Of a DNA stretch of 64,000 nt, positions 52,516 to 64,000 are shown piece after piece. The DNA is taken from NCBI GenBank assembly GCA_040954595.2, contig CM082583.2, forward strand, positions 4,579,374 through 4,643,373, read 5' to 3'. Every line of letters begins with the position of its first letter. Position 1 is the stretch's first letter. Source of the DNA: Balanoglossus misakiensis (Eukaryota > Animalia > Hemichordata). The translations under genes were made by a program, and so were the position numbers. The notes beneath the pieces are model-generated. The model saw only the letters and a program-made list of their open reading frames with translations, searched no databases and had not been told where the DNA came from.

Positions 52516-52889
52516 CACCCCATGTACTTTTTTTTGTAAATAAGTTGTAGAGGATTATTGCCGTCTCTTCTGGGATTGCATTTTCACAAGTCGTTTTTGG
52601 ATTTCAGTCAAAGAGTGGTTTCATAGTGTCACACAAAATACACTAAGGTTTAAGTCCAAAGTATTGTATCCTTGGTAATGCTGAGGAGGGGGTTAGCCTT
52701 CCTGCAAACCTTACTTTTCTGATTGGGCGTTTTTTTATTTTAGATGTACCGAATATTCTATATTGAGGTAATTCTAATAGGTGTGTATGGAACTGTTGAA
52801 ATAATTATCATGACCATTAAATCGTCGCGTAATTTGAGTTCACGTCAATAAGTTGTGAATTCTTTATCTTGGTCGTACATGTATTTAGG

Positions 52890-53110
52890 TAGACTAGCCC
52901 ACTAGTCGCTTGGTGATTTTTAAATCTCAATACTTTTTGTGTTTTCGGTGGTTTTTTTGTCTTAATAAATAATTTCAACACTTTTTGCGTGCATGCTTGC
53001 CTTTAGCGTGTTTTTGGTAGTGAGGCGAGTTTCGAATTTGCGACTGAGCTTGTGGTTTCGGGTAGCGTCGACACGTTCCCTACACAGCCCATAGACTTGG
53101 AGCAAGTCTA
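52890..53110 (+). mobile_element. MITE family F (TAGACT...AGTCTA) with 9-bp target-site duplication
   Basis: gtatttagg|tagactagcccactagtcg ... gagcaagtcta|gtatttagg. Confidence 0.82.
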
Positions 53111-53870
53111 GTATTTAGGTAGTATATATTAGCTAGTATACGCGCCTCGGACACAGATTTTCAGATAATGGTACTCCTGCAAACCATTCAATTTTGTGCT
53201 ACACTGTACATTAAAGCGTGTGTGGAGTCTTTTTTTACAACAAGGAAGAAAAAACTGATTGTTCACAGCCTTGTTTTCATGCAAATCACTTCTTGAGATT
53301 TGTGGACATTTTGAATTTCAAATTTGGGACAATTCGAGACATTTTGCTCTCTCATGTGAACAATTTGCACGGTGCCCCCCCCCCTAAACTTGTATTCTTA
53401 ATTTGGATAGAGAATAATCTAAAGTTGCCTTGAGTAAAATATGAGAAAAATGTTGAGACATCGATTTTCGAGGCGCATTCTACCTTGTTTTATGTTTTCT
53501 CCGCGTTTGATTTCCGTCTTAGGAGACTCGTTGCTATGGACTTTACAGAAAGAATTTCCCCCAGTCTCCAAATGGTTTCGTTGGACCCATGCAGAATACA
53601 TTGAATCTTATACATTGTACAGTCCTGCTACCTCATCCCCATAAGGCATAAAGGCGTTTTCGTAAAGACTGATGGACGAACTCACACAAAAATCAAGAAT
53701 TGTCTCCATAGCAACGTGGAATTATCTGTTCCGCAAGTAATTGCGACCTCTGTCTTCGAATTTTATAGACCAGGAACAAGGGATGATCAGAATAAAGCTT
53801 TGTTTTATCTCACAGCCTGGATATTTATTTTTGGGACATTTCCAAATGATGGCCACTTTTCGAAGTCACA

Positions 53871-53904
<34 letters not shown>

Positions 53905-53997
53905 GCGTGTGTGTATACAAGTCTGTCTGTCTATATGGTTCTTATTTTCTATCTTTCATTTCAACAGATAATTATTGTGAAACAATAAAAACACAGT

Positions 53998-54152
53998 ATG
54001 GCCTTCAGCTATGACGTCAGCTCACATGCGGGTTACGTTCAAGAGACCCACGTGAGAGAGTGTTTCCCGGGCAACGCGCAGCCTCTGTATCTGCACAACA
54101 ACCGTCCGAATTTGCCAACGCATGAAGCAGATGGTTATCTACCATTTTGCGG
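53998..54152 (+). CDS. Glass-like ZF gene, first coding exon
   Basis: Acceptor tcaacag ending 53967, ATG 53998, [15 protein letters not shown]...LPFC, donor GG|GTGAGT. Confidence 0.65.
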
Positions 54153-55112
54153 GTGAGTCAAAGAATCCAAAAGTAAGATATAATGTCGCCTACCTTTCCC
54201 AAGAGGATTTGGTGTTCCTTACGCGACTGGCCTTCTCTCAAAACATAATACAATAATTCCGCTGCAGGACTGAAGAAAAAAATGTTTTGAAATTAAGAAG
54301 AGGATCGCAAAAAAACAGTGCCTCTTTTCTGTTTCATCGTATAGAAGCTTAAACAATTCCGCAAAATCATTCGTTTCTGTGTTCCCTGGACAGAACATTT
54401 TGTGTGGCCCGCAAGAAACGCATCCCCCGAGTCTTGGTATGACAACCAACCAATTGGTAATTTTCATATTTTTAATATTTTAATGTCAAACACGTAACAT
54501 TTACGTACATGTATTTCTGGCCCATTCCAGCTATGGATGCAAAGGGGAGGGGGGGGGGGCATTTGTCTAGAAACAATTGTAGTGACAAACATGAACGGAA
54601 CACGAACCACTCCTTAATCTAAACCTCCAAGACTTTCGCGAACGTCCGTCGAGATCGGGTGAACGGCACTCACCCACCCGGCCGTATGGTTGACCCCCCC
54701 CGGGGGGGGGGGGGGTTCCGCTGTGCTGAAGTATCTCACCATTCCATTCCCATCGTATACTTTCACTTTGTATAGGAGCCCGTGTTATGAAATGTCGCCC
54801 TGGCAAGGGTCTTGGCAAGGGTCGTTCGGCACCTCGGGCTACCGGACAGCCAGCCCGCTGCATCTGCTTGATCCATCGGATTCGTTGATGTCCAACACTA
54901 CTCCCCGTTGCCCGGTCTTCTACGGGCGCCCACAGCAAGAGGTGTCGGACTACTCTGCCAGCAAACACCCAGAACAGTTTCACCAACAACATGGATTGGT
55001 AGGAGTGACGCGCCTCACTTGTAATAGACCATTTTCCGAACTCCACGAGACCATGCAACATACATACATACATACATACATACATACATACATACATACA
55101 TACATACATACA

Positions 55113-55144
<32 letters not shown>

Positions 55145-57037
55145 CAAGACATACATTACATACAAGACATACATACAGACGCCAAACGATTCCACAAGCT
55201 CCCATTGTTATTATTAAATTTCAGAATATCTATCCAAACGACTTCATAACCATGACAACGTTCAAAGTGAAGCTCTATTAGGATTGATAACACGCTTATC
55301 GTTCAACAAGTATTTAATAACTTGGTTAAAACGCCATGTAGTGGGAGATGCAATGCAAAAGTCAAAGCAAGTCATGTGATAGATTGTCTGGAAATTTTTG
55401 TTGGTTTTGTAACCGAAAACTTTGATGTTTTTTTTTTCCAGTTTGTAAAAAACGACAGTAGTTCTTGCGAAGAAAACTACGGCAACGTATGTGTTGACCA
55501 AGGCCTGTCCGTGGGTAGTCATCGACAGCACGGCCATGGCAGTAAGAGTCACCCAGAACAACTCAATCAGCCAAGTCGACCAGAGGATGCTGTATTCGAC
55601 AACGTATCGGACGTTCAAGAGCAGGGCTATAGCGGAGTGACGAGCTTGATTGAGCGCTCTTTTCTCTTTCGCACCCACGACAGCAGCTTTCCCGGGAGAT
55701 CTTTAAGGTGACGCCAAAGTCCGCCTCGTTCAACACGTTTGTTTCTGTGAGACGTCCCGACTGCGTGCATACTGTACACATAAGGGGCAGTGGATAATTG
55801 AAGCACGCTCGCGACCAACACAACAAATTGCGTTCCACCCCAAAATTTACCCGCGCACTCGACCCCTCAGCTAACATGGCGAAGTATGCATTAAACTGTG
55901 ACTTACTGGCACCCCCCCCCCCAACAGAGACATCATTTGCTTCAACCTAACCAAAATGATGCAGAAATAAAAGTGTGTTCATAAAGTTGTGATATTGACC
56001 ATGCGCATGTCATGTTTAAGTTATCCCCACGCCTGAAACAAGAATTCACTGGTTCAATCCTGATAACTCTCTCTCTCTCTCACATGTAGACGGACTAGTA
56101 TCTCTCACGATGCCATGCAACACGCACAAGAAAACAGGTGTCACATATGTGAGAAGACGTTTGCCCGACATACCACGTTTTTGTCGCATCTGCGGGTCCA
56201 CTCAAAGGAACGACCTTACCACTGCAAGACATGCGGCAAGAACTTTACCCAGGCCAACATTCTAGTGTCTCACATCCGCACTCACAGTGGCGAGAGACCG
56301 TTCCGGTGTACCATGTGTGACCGTTGCTTCTCTCAGGTAAACATTGTACGTCGATGTTCCCGGCCCTTCTCTCAACGATGCTCGGATAAACGTTTGACGG
56401 GAAAAAAGGAATGCGCATTTACATTTATTCAGCCAACTGCTGCCTTCAGAATAGTCTGTGCCTTTCTCTAAACAGCGATGCCTATCCAAGACACTGCCAG
56501 TTCATTGTCACCCACGTCAAAATCTTAGTCCTTGCCACCCCCCGCCCCCCCCCCCAAGTGGTGTCTCCTCTCTGACAGTTGATGGCAGGTGCGCAATATA
56601 CATTGAGGATATTCTGCTTTCTGACGGTGTGGACATTTTTGAGCTGTCCTGATCAACTAGTATAATTATTACACATGCAAAGAGCATTTGTCCGCGAACC
56701 TATCTATCGAGCATCCACCACTACGCCCGTCACTGACGGGATACATTCACTCATTGTGTATTCACCGTAAACAGATGATGAAAAGAGAAATTCTAATCGT
56801 TTTATTTTTGCTCTGTTGTTTTTATTTCAGCGATCATCGCTAGTCAGCCATAGGCGCACTCACACCGGCGATCGTCCATATCAGTGCGACATCTGCCAAA
56901 ACAAGTTTGCTGACAGCTCGACTTTGACCAAACACCGGCGAGTGCATACGGGCGAGAAACCCTATGCTTGCAAGGTTTGCAACTGGCGGTTCTCGCAGTC
57001 AGGCAATCTGAAACGTCACATGAAGCTGCACATTTGA
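53998..57037 (+). CDS. Glass/CHE-1-like C2H2 zinc-finger transcription factor (5 fingers), 5 coding exons, about 365 aa
   Basis: Exons 53998-54152, 54776-54998, 55442-55707, 56090-56336, 56831-57037 with matching phases (2,0,2,0), total 1098 nt. Five C-terminal fingers; fingers 4-5 ([39 protein letters not shown]) closely match Drosophila Glass as I recall it. N-terminal exons are less certain. Confidence 0.8.
54776..54998 (+). CDS. Glass-like ZF gene, coding exon 2
   Basis: tttgtatag|[11 protein letters not shown]...QQHGL|gtagga; phase 2-0. Confidence 0.65.
55059..55142. repeat. (CATA)n microsatellite
   Basis: Direct read. Confidence 0.95.
55442..55707 (+). CDS. Glass-like ZF gene, coding exon 3
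   Basis: ttttccag|[11 protein letters not shown]...PGRSL(R)|gtgacg; phase 0-2. Confidence 0.68.
56090..56336 (+). CDS. Glass-like ZF gene, coding exon 4 (fingers 1-3 N-half)
   Basis: CHICEKTF...[12 protein letters not shown]...[18 protein letters not shown]|gtaaac. Confidence 0.92.
56831..57037 (+). CDS. Glass-like ZF gene, terminal exon (finger 3 C-half to finger 5)
   Basis: tttcag|[17 protein letters not shown]...HMKLHI*. Confidence 0.93.
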   Translation, partial: RSSLVSHRRTHTGDRPYQCDICQNKFADSSTLTKHRRVHTGEKPYACKVCNWRFSQSGNLKRHMKLHI

Positions 57038-58380
57038 CGTGTTCACACAGCCAACGTGCATACCCACAAGTCCTTGTAATGTTGGCTTCTAAACCGAACC
57101 CCCCCCCCCCCACGTTCTTCCTTAGAAGTTTATAGAGACTCTCTGACAGCCCCCCTCGTCGATCGCCGCCCGTGCAAGATGACTAGCATCGTCTGAACGA
57201 ACGTGCAACCTCAACGGCCGAACGATGCTCGGCCTGGCGATGTCGGCGAGAGAACACTGCATTTTTCTGCCACATTGGTTCGTGTACTTGAGATTCACCT
57301 TTCTGTTTACAATATCGCAAATCCTATCGTTGCAACAGTTCAACTGTCTAATAATTGTCTGTGATTGCAGACGCTGTGACCCCATGGTTTCATGCTTACA
57401 TTAAGCAACGCAATCTATTACTGTAACCATTGGCAAAAGATCCATTTCACTCCACAATGTTTAGCTCGCAGCAGATTCAAAAGGCTGTCGAATTCACAAA
57501 AAATCAATGTAAACAAGTTTCGCATAACCCGTCTAATCACAGGGGCACAGAAATATGATATTTAGTGTATTGTTGTTCTTGTTATTGACGACGTGTTGTT
57601 TTGTTGTTGTTGTTGTTGTTGTCGTCGTCGTCGTAGGTTTCTGTTAAGCAAACACTTTTGACTGGTGTGGTGCCTCATCAGCCTCATTGCATTTCGTCTG
57701 CACAGTCTTTGATTGCACCACGTTGCTGACGTTAATTGCCCGTCATCTGAAAATTTGAACTGCACCTGATCGCGTCTGACGTCATTCAAATTGATATCTA
57801 AGAATAGGTACAGCTACACCGTAGTCATGGATATCAGACCAGAAGCCATGGATACACTCCTTGATAACTATTCCTTATACACAACAAAAAGGGCGCGTCC
57901 ATGTTTTTGAATGACCATGTGTAGGCGCACTTTTTTTCTGTGGTTGGCTGAACATGTACATGTATTTAAATTTTCCATGTTAACAGTTGATAAATTTGCG
58001 ATGGAGCGAGTCTCTTTGTTTATGGAATATGGAGCTCCAGGGCCTATGCTCTGTTTCATCCATCGCTCTTTTGATATGATTATCCCCTCTCATCGCTTTA
58101 CTTGGTACGGCTTAAGGCACAAGGAAATGAATCTAGCTCGGCGCGGCCTTCAGTTTTTTTTTTCTTCCTGCGAATACATCCCTAAAACATTTTAACCAGA
58201 GGTTTGCATGCGGAGCACTTCGTTCAAAATCAGTAAAGCTTACCATTTCCATCGCATGTATTCATTCATAACCACCCACACAGCGTGTGCACATTTCATA
58301 CACAAGAATCGCTTTGTACACGAAAAGAGATCGGCCTGGGGGCTTTATTCTGGACAAGAGCACGGGTACACGAAATAAAA

Positions 58381-58761
58381 TTAAGGTAGATGACTATATA
58401 CCCAGATACAGTGCATGGTTATCATAGAATGTCGAGAAAAAAGTGTTACATTAATATTGTCATTTTCTTGAAATCTTCACAAAAGGTGTCAAAAGAGGAG
58501 GATCATTAAATGAAATAAGAGAAAACATTTTTTGATAGAGCTGTTCAGATATTTTCGCCATAGAAAAGCTATAGCCTTAGGAGTGCTGACTCAGCATTTT
58601 CAACAATATTTAAGACCCCCGTAACTGAAAAAGTAGCGTGGGAACACCCAGTTTACTCAATATTTTTTGTACTTAAAATTCATTGATGATATAATATATA
58701 AAATCAGGTAAATACATGTAACAATATTCTAGTTTGTGAGTAGTGTAGTCATCTATTTTAA
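58381..58761 (+). mobile_element. TTAA-flanked MITE family D
   Basis: ttaaGGTAGATGACTA ... TAGTCATCTATTttaa; internal part (gatagagct..., tgctgactcagcattttc) recurs inverted at about 36138-36360. Confidence 0.72.
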
Positions 58762-59745
58762 GGCATTCCCACAACAGACGGGTGGTGAGACAGAACCCGG
58801 GCGGACAGAAATCACCCGCACTTAACTTGAACAGAGATGAAACCTCCTTTCAGGGAGCTGTTTTATCTAGAATATATAAGAGACTTATAAAATCATCAAG
58901 TTATTGGTCATTACATCTTAACTATTGCCTTTTGTGAATATTACATAAGTGCGCGGTTTATTCTGATGTAGAAATTACGAGGGAATCCCTCGGTCACATC
59001 GCATGCCACGAAATATATATTGTGCGTCAATTAAAAACCGCTATAAACACTGTTATTTTACATACATGCACCAACACTGTTAATAAAATTTAACTAAATA
59101 TTGAACAAATGTGTATTTCGACAATATCACAATCTAAGTAACTGAGAACCGGGCTAAATTTTAGGCCATATAATTTTGTGACATCGAATCAGAAACTAAA
59201 TTTCCGCAATTTCGTTTAGAATATAGGCGTCGACCCAACAGAGTATAGCCTGCTGGCGGTGGGTTTTTACAGAACATTGTCAATTAAATTTACTCATATT
59301 TTATTTCATTTACATGTTTTCAAAATGGATACTGCCTTCAATTTCTGCTCTGGCCATTTTTATTCAGCTTGTCAACAACCTCATTTCGATGTTCCACTTT
59401 CCCCGACACATGGCCTGTGTATGGGCATTAATTTTTTTCCGGTTGTAGAAAGAATAGCTGGATTTAACTTTATATGGAATAAAAACTATGAAAAGTAATA
59501 ATAGCCAAAAAAATGACACGGTTACTGTCGCTTCTTTCGGGTCATAGAACGAAAATTGCGGCCTGCTGTTGGTATTCCTTCTCGTCCAAAAGTCAGACAT
59601 CGTCCGCCCGCACGGGTCGTTGGCTCGACCACAGTCTCCACCTTTTGGCGGGAGAAAATGAAAGCCGGACAATTGGATGTGTGAATTTTGTATAATTTCG
59701 GATACACCCGGTTCGACTTGGGCTCACCCTGCAGACCCGTTTAAT

Positions 59746-61113
59746 TTACACGCTTGTGGCTGCAGTGTTCCAAGTAAATCGTTCTTCCAAGCCCAACGCC
59801 CCGGCGTCACGGTGGTTTTGGCCAGCGGCTGCCGACCCTTGGCCAGATTCATCACTCCCTCTTCCAGTCGACCCCACGCGCGTCCCCCAGGCTTCACGGT
59901 GGTTTGGGCCAGCGGCTGCCGACCCTTGGCCAGATTCATCACTCCCTCTTCCAGTCGACCCCACGCGCGTCGCCCAGGCTTCACGGTGGTTTTGGCCAGC
60001 GGCTGCCGACCCTTGGCCAGATTCATCACTCCCTCTTCCAGTCGACCCCACGCGCGTCGCCCAGACTTCACGGCGACCCTCCGCGGTAGTAGATGGCAAC
60101 GCTCCGGCCAGACGTAATCTGTGCTGGCGAGTGCGGCAAGTCAAAATTGCCAGAACGCCCCTGGAAAATTTGGGATTCCCACAAGCGTACAGCACCACGT
60201 TTATTGCCGTGTTTAAATACCCGCAAGTTAACGCAAATCGATGCCAGCCGTTGTGATCAGAGGCGTCGCAACCGTCATCAACAATTAATTTTATGTTCAA
60301 TGGTAACCAACACAGGTAATAGGCGGCACACAGAATGAACGAATTTTTGGCTACCTTTCTTATAGCTTTGTGCTGCCGAATCGCTCTGGCCTGGTCGTAA
60401 GTACTGTTGTTGTCATTACCAAGTGTCTCGACTGTATTTTTCAGTAGACGATGACGCGTCGTCAAGATAATGGCGGTATAAGAAAATGTGATGATGACAG
60501 AAGGCAGGAGAAACGCCAAAATAATCACGTGATAAGGTGTGCCGAGAACGAAACAACTGTTTGTTCGAAAGTCATAGACGAAGGGAAATTTCTGCTTTGC
60601 GACTAGCCAGGGTGAAAAAATCAGGATTGAAACAAGCCAGGCAAACACACATTGAAGCATAACTTGTTTCTTACTGAACCCTTTGGCCGATGAATTATGG
60701 ACAGTTCGGATTCGCACGCAGCAGAACAGAGCAAGCGCTGCTTGAGTATAGATCGAGGCGGCGGAAGGGATAACAGCGAAGGATGTATTCAAGTAGTGGC
60801 AGTTTTCTCTACCGAGCGGGAACTCGTTGGTGACGATTGACGCCACTAACACAGGCTCGTAGAATAGCGAGGTGACCAAATTTGCCAGTGCCAAGTTTCC
60901 GTAGAAAATTGTCACCGGTTGTTTGTCGAGAGAGCCCAGGCAGAAAAAGTAGATGAAGAGTAGCTTGAGTACGTTACCAAACGTGCCAACAGTCGAAATC
61001 AGGGAAGTGGCCGCGGCGTGCAAAGCGGGGATCCAGTGCGGAACGTCTGAATCTGGGAAACAAAATCCATCTGTTCCGACACTTGTTGCGTTGTCGTCAC
61101 CAGCCATTTTCAT
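59746..61113 (-). CDS. Intronless class A (rhodopsin-like) GPCR, melatonin-receptor/moody/Tre1-like, 455 aa
   Basis: Seven hydrophobic segments; TM1 GTFGN, TM2 NLALANL, ECL1 FPLG..C, TM4 W, TM5 LP..II.FSY, TM6 CWLP, TM7 GYLNTAINVVLYA, helix 8 NPKF; N-terminal sequon NAT. Subfamily assignment is tentative. Confidence 0.88.
   Translation of the reverse strand: MKMAGDDNATSVGTDGFCFPDSDVPHWIPALHAAATSLISTVGTFGNVLKLLFIYFFCLGSLDKQPVTIFYGNLALANLVTSLFYEPVLVASIVTNEFPLGRENCHYLNTSFAVIPSAASIYTQAALALFCCVRIRTVHNSSAKGFSKKQVMLQCVFAWLVSILIFSPWLVAKQKFPFVYDFRTNSCFVLGTPYHVIILAFLLPSVIITFSYTAIILTTRHRLLKNTVETLGNDNNSTYDQARAIRQHKAIRKVAKNSFILCAAYYLCWLPLNIKLIVDDGCDASDHNGWHRFALTCGYLNTAINVVLYACGNPKFSRGVLAILTCRTRQHRLRLAGALPSTTAEGRREVWATRVGSTGRGSDESGQGSAAAGQNHREAWATRVGSTGRGSDESGQGSAAAGPNHREAWGTRVGSTGRGSDESGQGSAAAGQNHRDAGALGLEERFTWNTAATSV
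59807..60073. repeat. Coding tandem repeat, 87 bp x 3
   Basis: tcacgg recurs at 59807, 59894, 59981 and 60068; each unit encodes RE(V/A)W(A/G)TRVGSTGRGSDESGQGSAAAG(Q/P)NH in the GPCR tail. Confidence 0.97.
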
Positions 61114-62310
61114 TCGGAACAGCGATGGCGTAGTTACCCGTCCAGTTTTGCTGGAAGTCTTGATGGGCCTAGGTAGTCAATAAAGTGTTGTGCGCGCAAA
61201 TTTATGAACAGAAAAATAATGATTTGCCCCAATAGGTCGAATTTCTGTTACTATGGATACCAAGGCCTACACAAAGAGGGTGTAGTGTGCAAAGGCGTCC
61301 GCAAGAAATTTCTTTTGTAGCATTTCTTTGACCTTTTTTATCCCTCGCTGAATGGAGTACACTATGATTGGCTGCATATAATATTTTCAGTGACATATAC
61401 ATGTACTTCTTTCTAGCTTGAAGCTAACTATATGAGACACTGTAATCTTTCAGGAATCGGTAAAAAATACCCTTCTCAAAAGACCAACAACTTGCCAACG
61501 GCATTCCTGATTCCCATGCTAAAATAGATACAGGTAAATTTCGCGCCCTGCCAGGGCCGTGCAAAGATTTGAGCACTTTAAAGACACGTATTTATTTATC
61601 CATGCAGGTAAAATCTGTCATGTTTATATATACTACAGACCATTTATAAGGAACACTATCAAAAACTATTGATAATTTTGCTTCGGTATAGGCCAATTAC
61701 GTTTTCTCTCCTCTGAAGTTTGTGCATAAGGAAAACAGGATGCTCCCATCCCAATTTTAAAAAATCAATCATAATGACATAGTGTTTTCTTTATATCATT
61801 TAATAAATTTTCTCCGTTTCCACAGATACCAAGCAATATTACATTTCCCAAACCATGGTACACCACGCTGCAAGGTTTCTTCGGGGTCACATGCCCTGAT
61901 GTACTTTGAAGAAATCTGCCATATTGTATTTTTGGCTCAAAGCACCTTCTCAGCTCAGCTGAGACTGTTTGTTTTCTATCCATAGGCGTAAATGTTCCTT
62001 GAGTCGTTTGAGATTTGTTTGACATGGTAACGAAAACTATAATGACAAATTACTATAAAATTAAAAAAAAAGCCTTCTTCCCATGCAAAGAGACTGAAAT
62101 GCGTAAACAATATAATTGCCGGCTGTAATGACGCACACTGCACACGGCACCGGTTCTTACATGTAATTTCCTTCTTTGGGTTTACATATTTTTGCGCGAT
62201 GGAAATAAGCCCACTGGGTCTCATTTAGTCCGGCAGTAACACGGTAATTGTAGCTCTTGCAAAGGGTCGTATAAAAAATCTCGAAATCAATAGTCAGTCA
62301 TGTAATAATT

Positions 62311-62342
62311 CAGAGAAAGAGAGACAGAGAGAGACAGAGAGG

Positions 62343-62392
<50 letters not shown>

Positions 62393-62415
62393 AAACAGAC
62401 AAGACACAGAGAGAG
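62311..62415. repeat. (GA)n-rich microsatellite
   Basis: Direct read. Confidence 0.9.
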
Positions 62416-64000
62416 GAGTCATATTTTGTAAGGCACATAACCTCCATCAATTGTAACATTAACACACATGCAGTCGCTGTTGCAAAAGTAAGACCCAGAA
62501 TGTGTCATTTCGCTGTAAACGCAGTCACTACGCCCATATTCTGCGCCGCATTTTAGAGATAGTGATTTCATAAGATTGAACTTTATACCAGAGACCTGCA
62601 CGTTTCCAGTACGGTTTATCACGCTATCTACTGTATGTTCATAATATCTCTAATGGTATGAGAGAAATCGGTGTGGGGGCGCTGTGACCTGAACACGGCG
62701 CTTGTCTTATACTAGTATATATTTGTACATGTACATACTAGTATACTCCAAAGCAATCTGATTAAAATCAGATGAAGGGTACGGCGACGTCTTTTACTTA
62801 CGCGGTACTTTTTTTATGATGTCGCCTCACCCAAAGAATACCGTACCGTTCGTTTTTTTACGGCTGGGGGGGGGGGGGGGGCAAGTGTGTGTCATCGGTT
62901 TTCAAAATCAGGCACCCCCCTCTTCACCCAGGACCAATAAAATGATGACCCCACCCCCTTGACAGGCAAAAAAATATGATGACCCCCCGAAAACATTACA
63001 AAACTACTTGTGGAGGAAAAAAAGCTTGTTTCAAGGAGCGTGCTCGTATGTCCTGATCTTATGTACACTGTATGCAATAAAGGGAAAGAGGCTCCCCACA
63101 CCTCAATTATAAATTTGTAATTGAGGTGTATAATAGTATAGTGTTGCAATAAAGAAAGCAATGAATAAATTAAAATGACAGGTCAATATAGCTGTGGGCA
63201 GAATTAATCGAACAAGAAGTGAAGGGGAACACCCCCTCCCACACGAGAAAATTTTGTAAAATACGGAGCTCAAAGTTGCATTTTAATTAACTCAAAAGCC
63301 AATTAACTCAATGTTGGGGAGGACAAATTTGACTTTTGCCACTCAAAGTAAGTATCGGTGGGGGTGGGGGTGGGGTGGGCAAGTGCTATGCCCCGGTACA
63401 CTAGATGTGGCGAAGAATGAAGGGGTGGGTGTGGGAGCATTTGGACATTTCCTGCGTTCCAATGTTTAGATTTTTTCGGATGAAAAGTCGATTCAGGCGG
63501 CAAATACCCATACACTAGGTTGGGATTACCTCCCGCCTCGATGATGCCGTTACAAATACGAACGTATACAGTCCAAGGGAGTCGTTTGCCGTATACTTGT
63601 TCAAATGAAAAGTACGCGATAATCGTCTCTCAGCAAAAAAAAGTCGCCGCGCAATTACATGTACCATCCCCAGGTACATGTAGACACGCAATTTTTAATT
63701 TTATGTATATATGGGACCCATAGACTTTTTCAGTGGCAAGTCTTTCGCAAATTTTAATTGTATGTATATATGGGACCCATAGACCAAACAGAGAGAGATA
63801 CATGTACTTTCACGTGTTGATATTTCGAAATGCGGTGACTAACCCACACGAGGCTCGATAGTTATTATTAAAAGAGGGCGGGCATACATCACGAATAATA
63901 ACGGATTGCCTAATAATGCCAGATTGCGACATACATTTTATAGCTGACTGTGGTATTTATCACAAACCATTATTCTAAAAATAGTAGTTCCAAAAATACA

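Noticed and set aside
54531-54570. Acceptor-like cccattccag followed by a G-run, possible extra zinc-finger gene exon
   Set aside because: All three frames reach stops within about 90 nt even allowing for a homopolymer error; the 54776 acceptor gives a clean phase match.
54567-55217. Long overlapping ORFs with MYVC/HTYI repeats
   Set aside because: Produced by the (CATA)n microsatellite; only 54776-54998 is plausibly coding.
59677-60256. Additional ORFs on both strands over the GPCR tail; CRISPR-like appearance
   Set aside because: By-products of a GC-rich 87-bp tandem repeat; the units are contiguous with no unique spacers and the DNA is eukaryotic.
59746-61113. Possible opsin, given the neighbouring Glass-like gene
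   Set aside because: The position of the retinal-binding Lys in TM7 is Tyr (GYLNTAIN), as in melatonin-type receptors.

Overview
AT-rich, intron-rich animal genomic DNA, most likely a marine invertebrate (a deuterostome is my guess). By reading GT-AG splice sites and checking phases by hand I reconstructed four protein-coding genes. (1) A dual oxidase maturation factor (DUOXA), minus strand, 9 coding exons, 16793->4447, about 463 aa. (2) A complete dual oxidase (DUOX), plus strand, 33 coding exons, 18336->48392, about 1654 aa, head-to-head with DUOXA with about 1.5 kb between start codons. (3) A five-finger C2H2 gene resembling Glass/CHE-1, plus strand, 53998->57037, about 365 aa. (4) An intronless, atypical class A GPCR, minus strand, 61113->59746, with an 87-bp x3 coding tandem repeat. 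Introns hold several MITE-like families (TA, TTAA and 9-bp target duplications), hairpins and microsatellites. Most noteworthy: two extra Ser/Thr-rich DUOX exons that look like duplicates of exon 1, a long DUOXA tail carrying SH2/SH3-type motifs, a DUOX peroxidase domain that keeps the proximal but not the distal His, and a GPCR lacking DRY, D2.50 and NPxxY. No prokaryotic-type system such as CRISPR is present. All gene models are sequence-only and have no transcript support.
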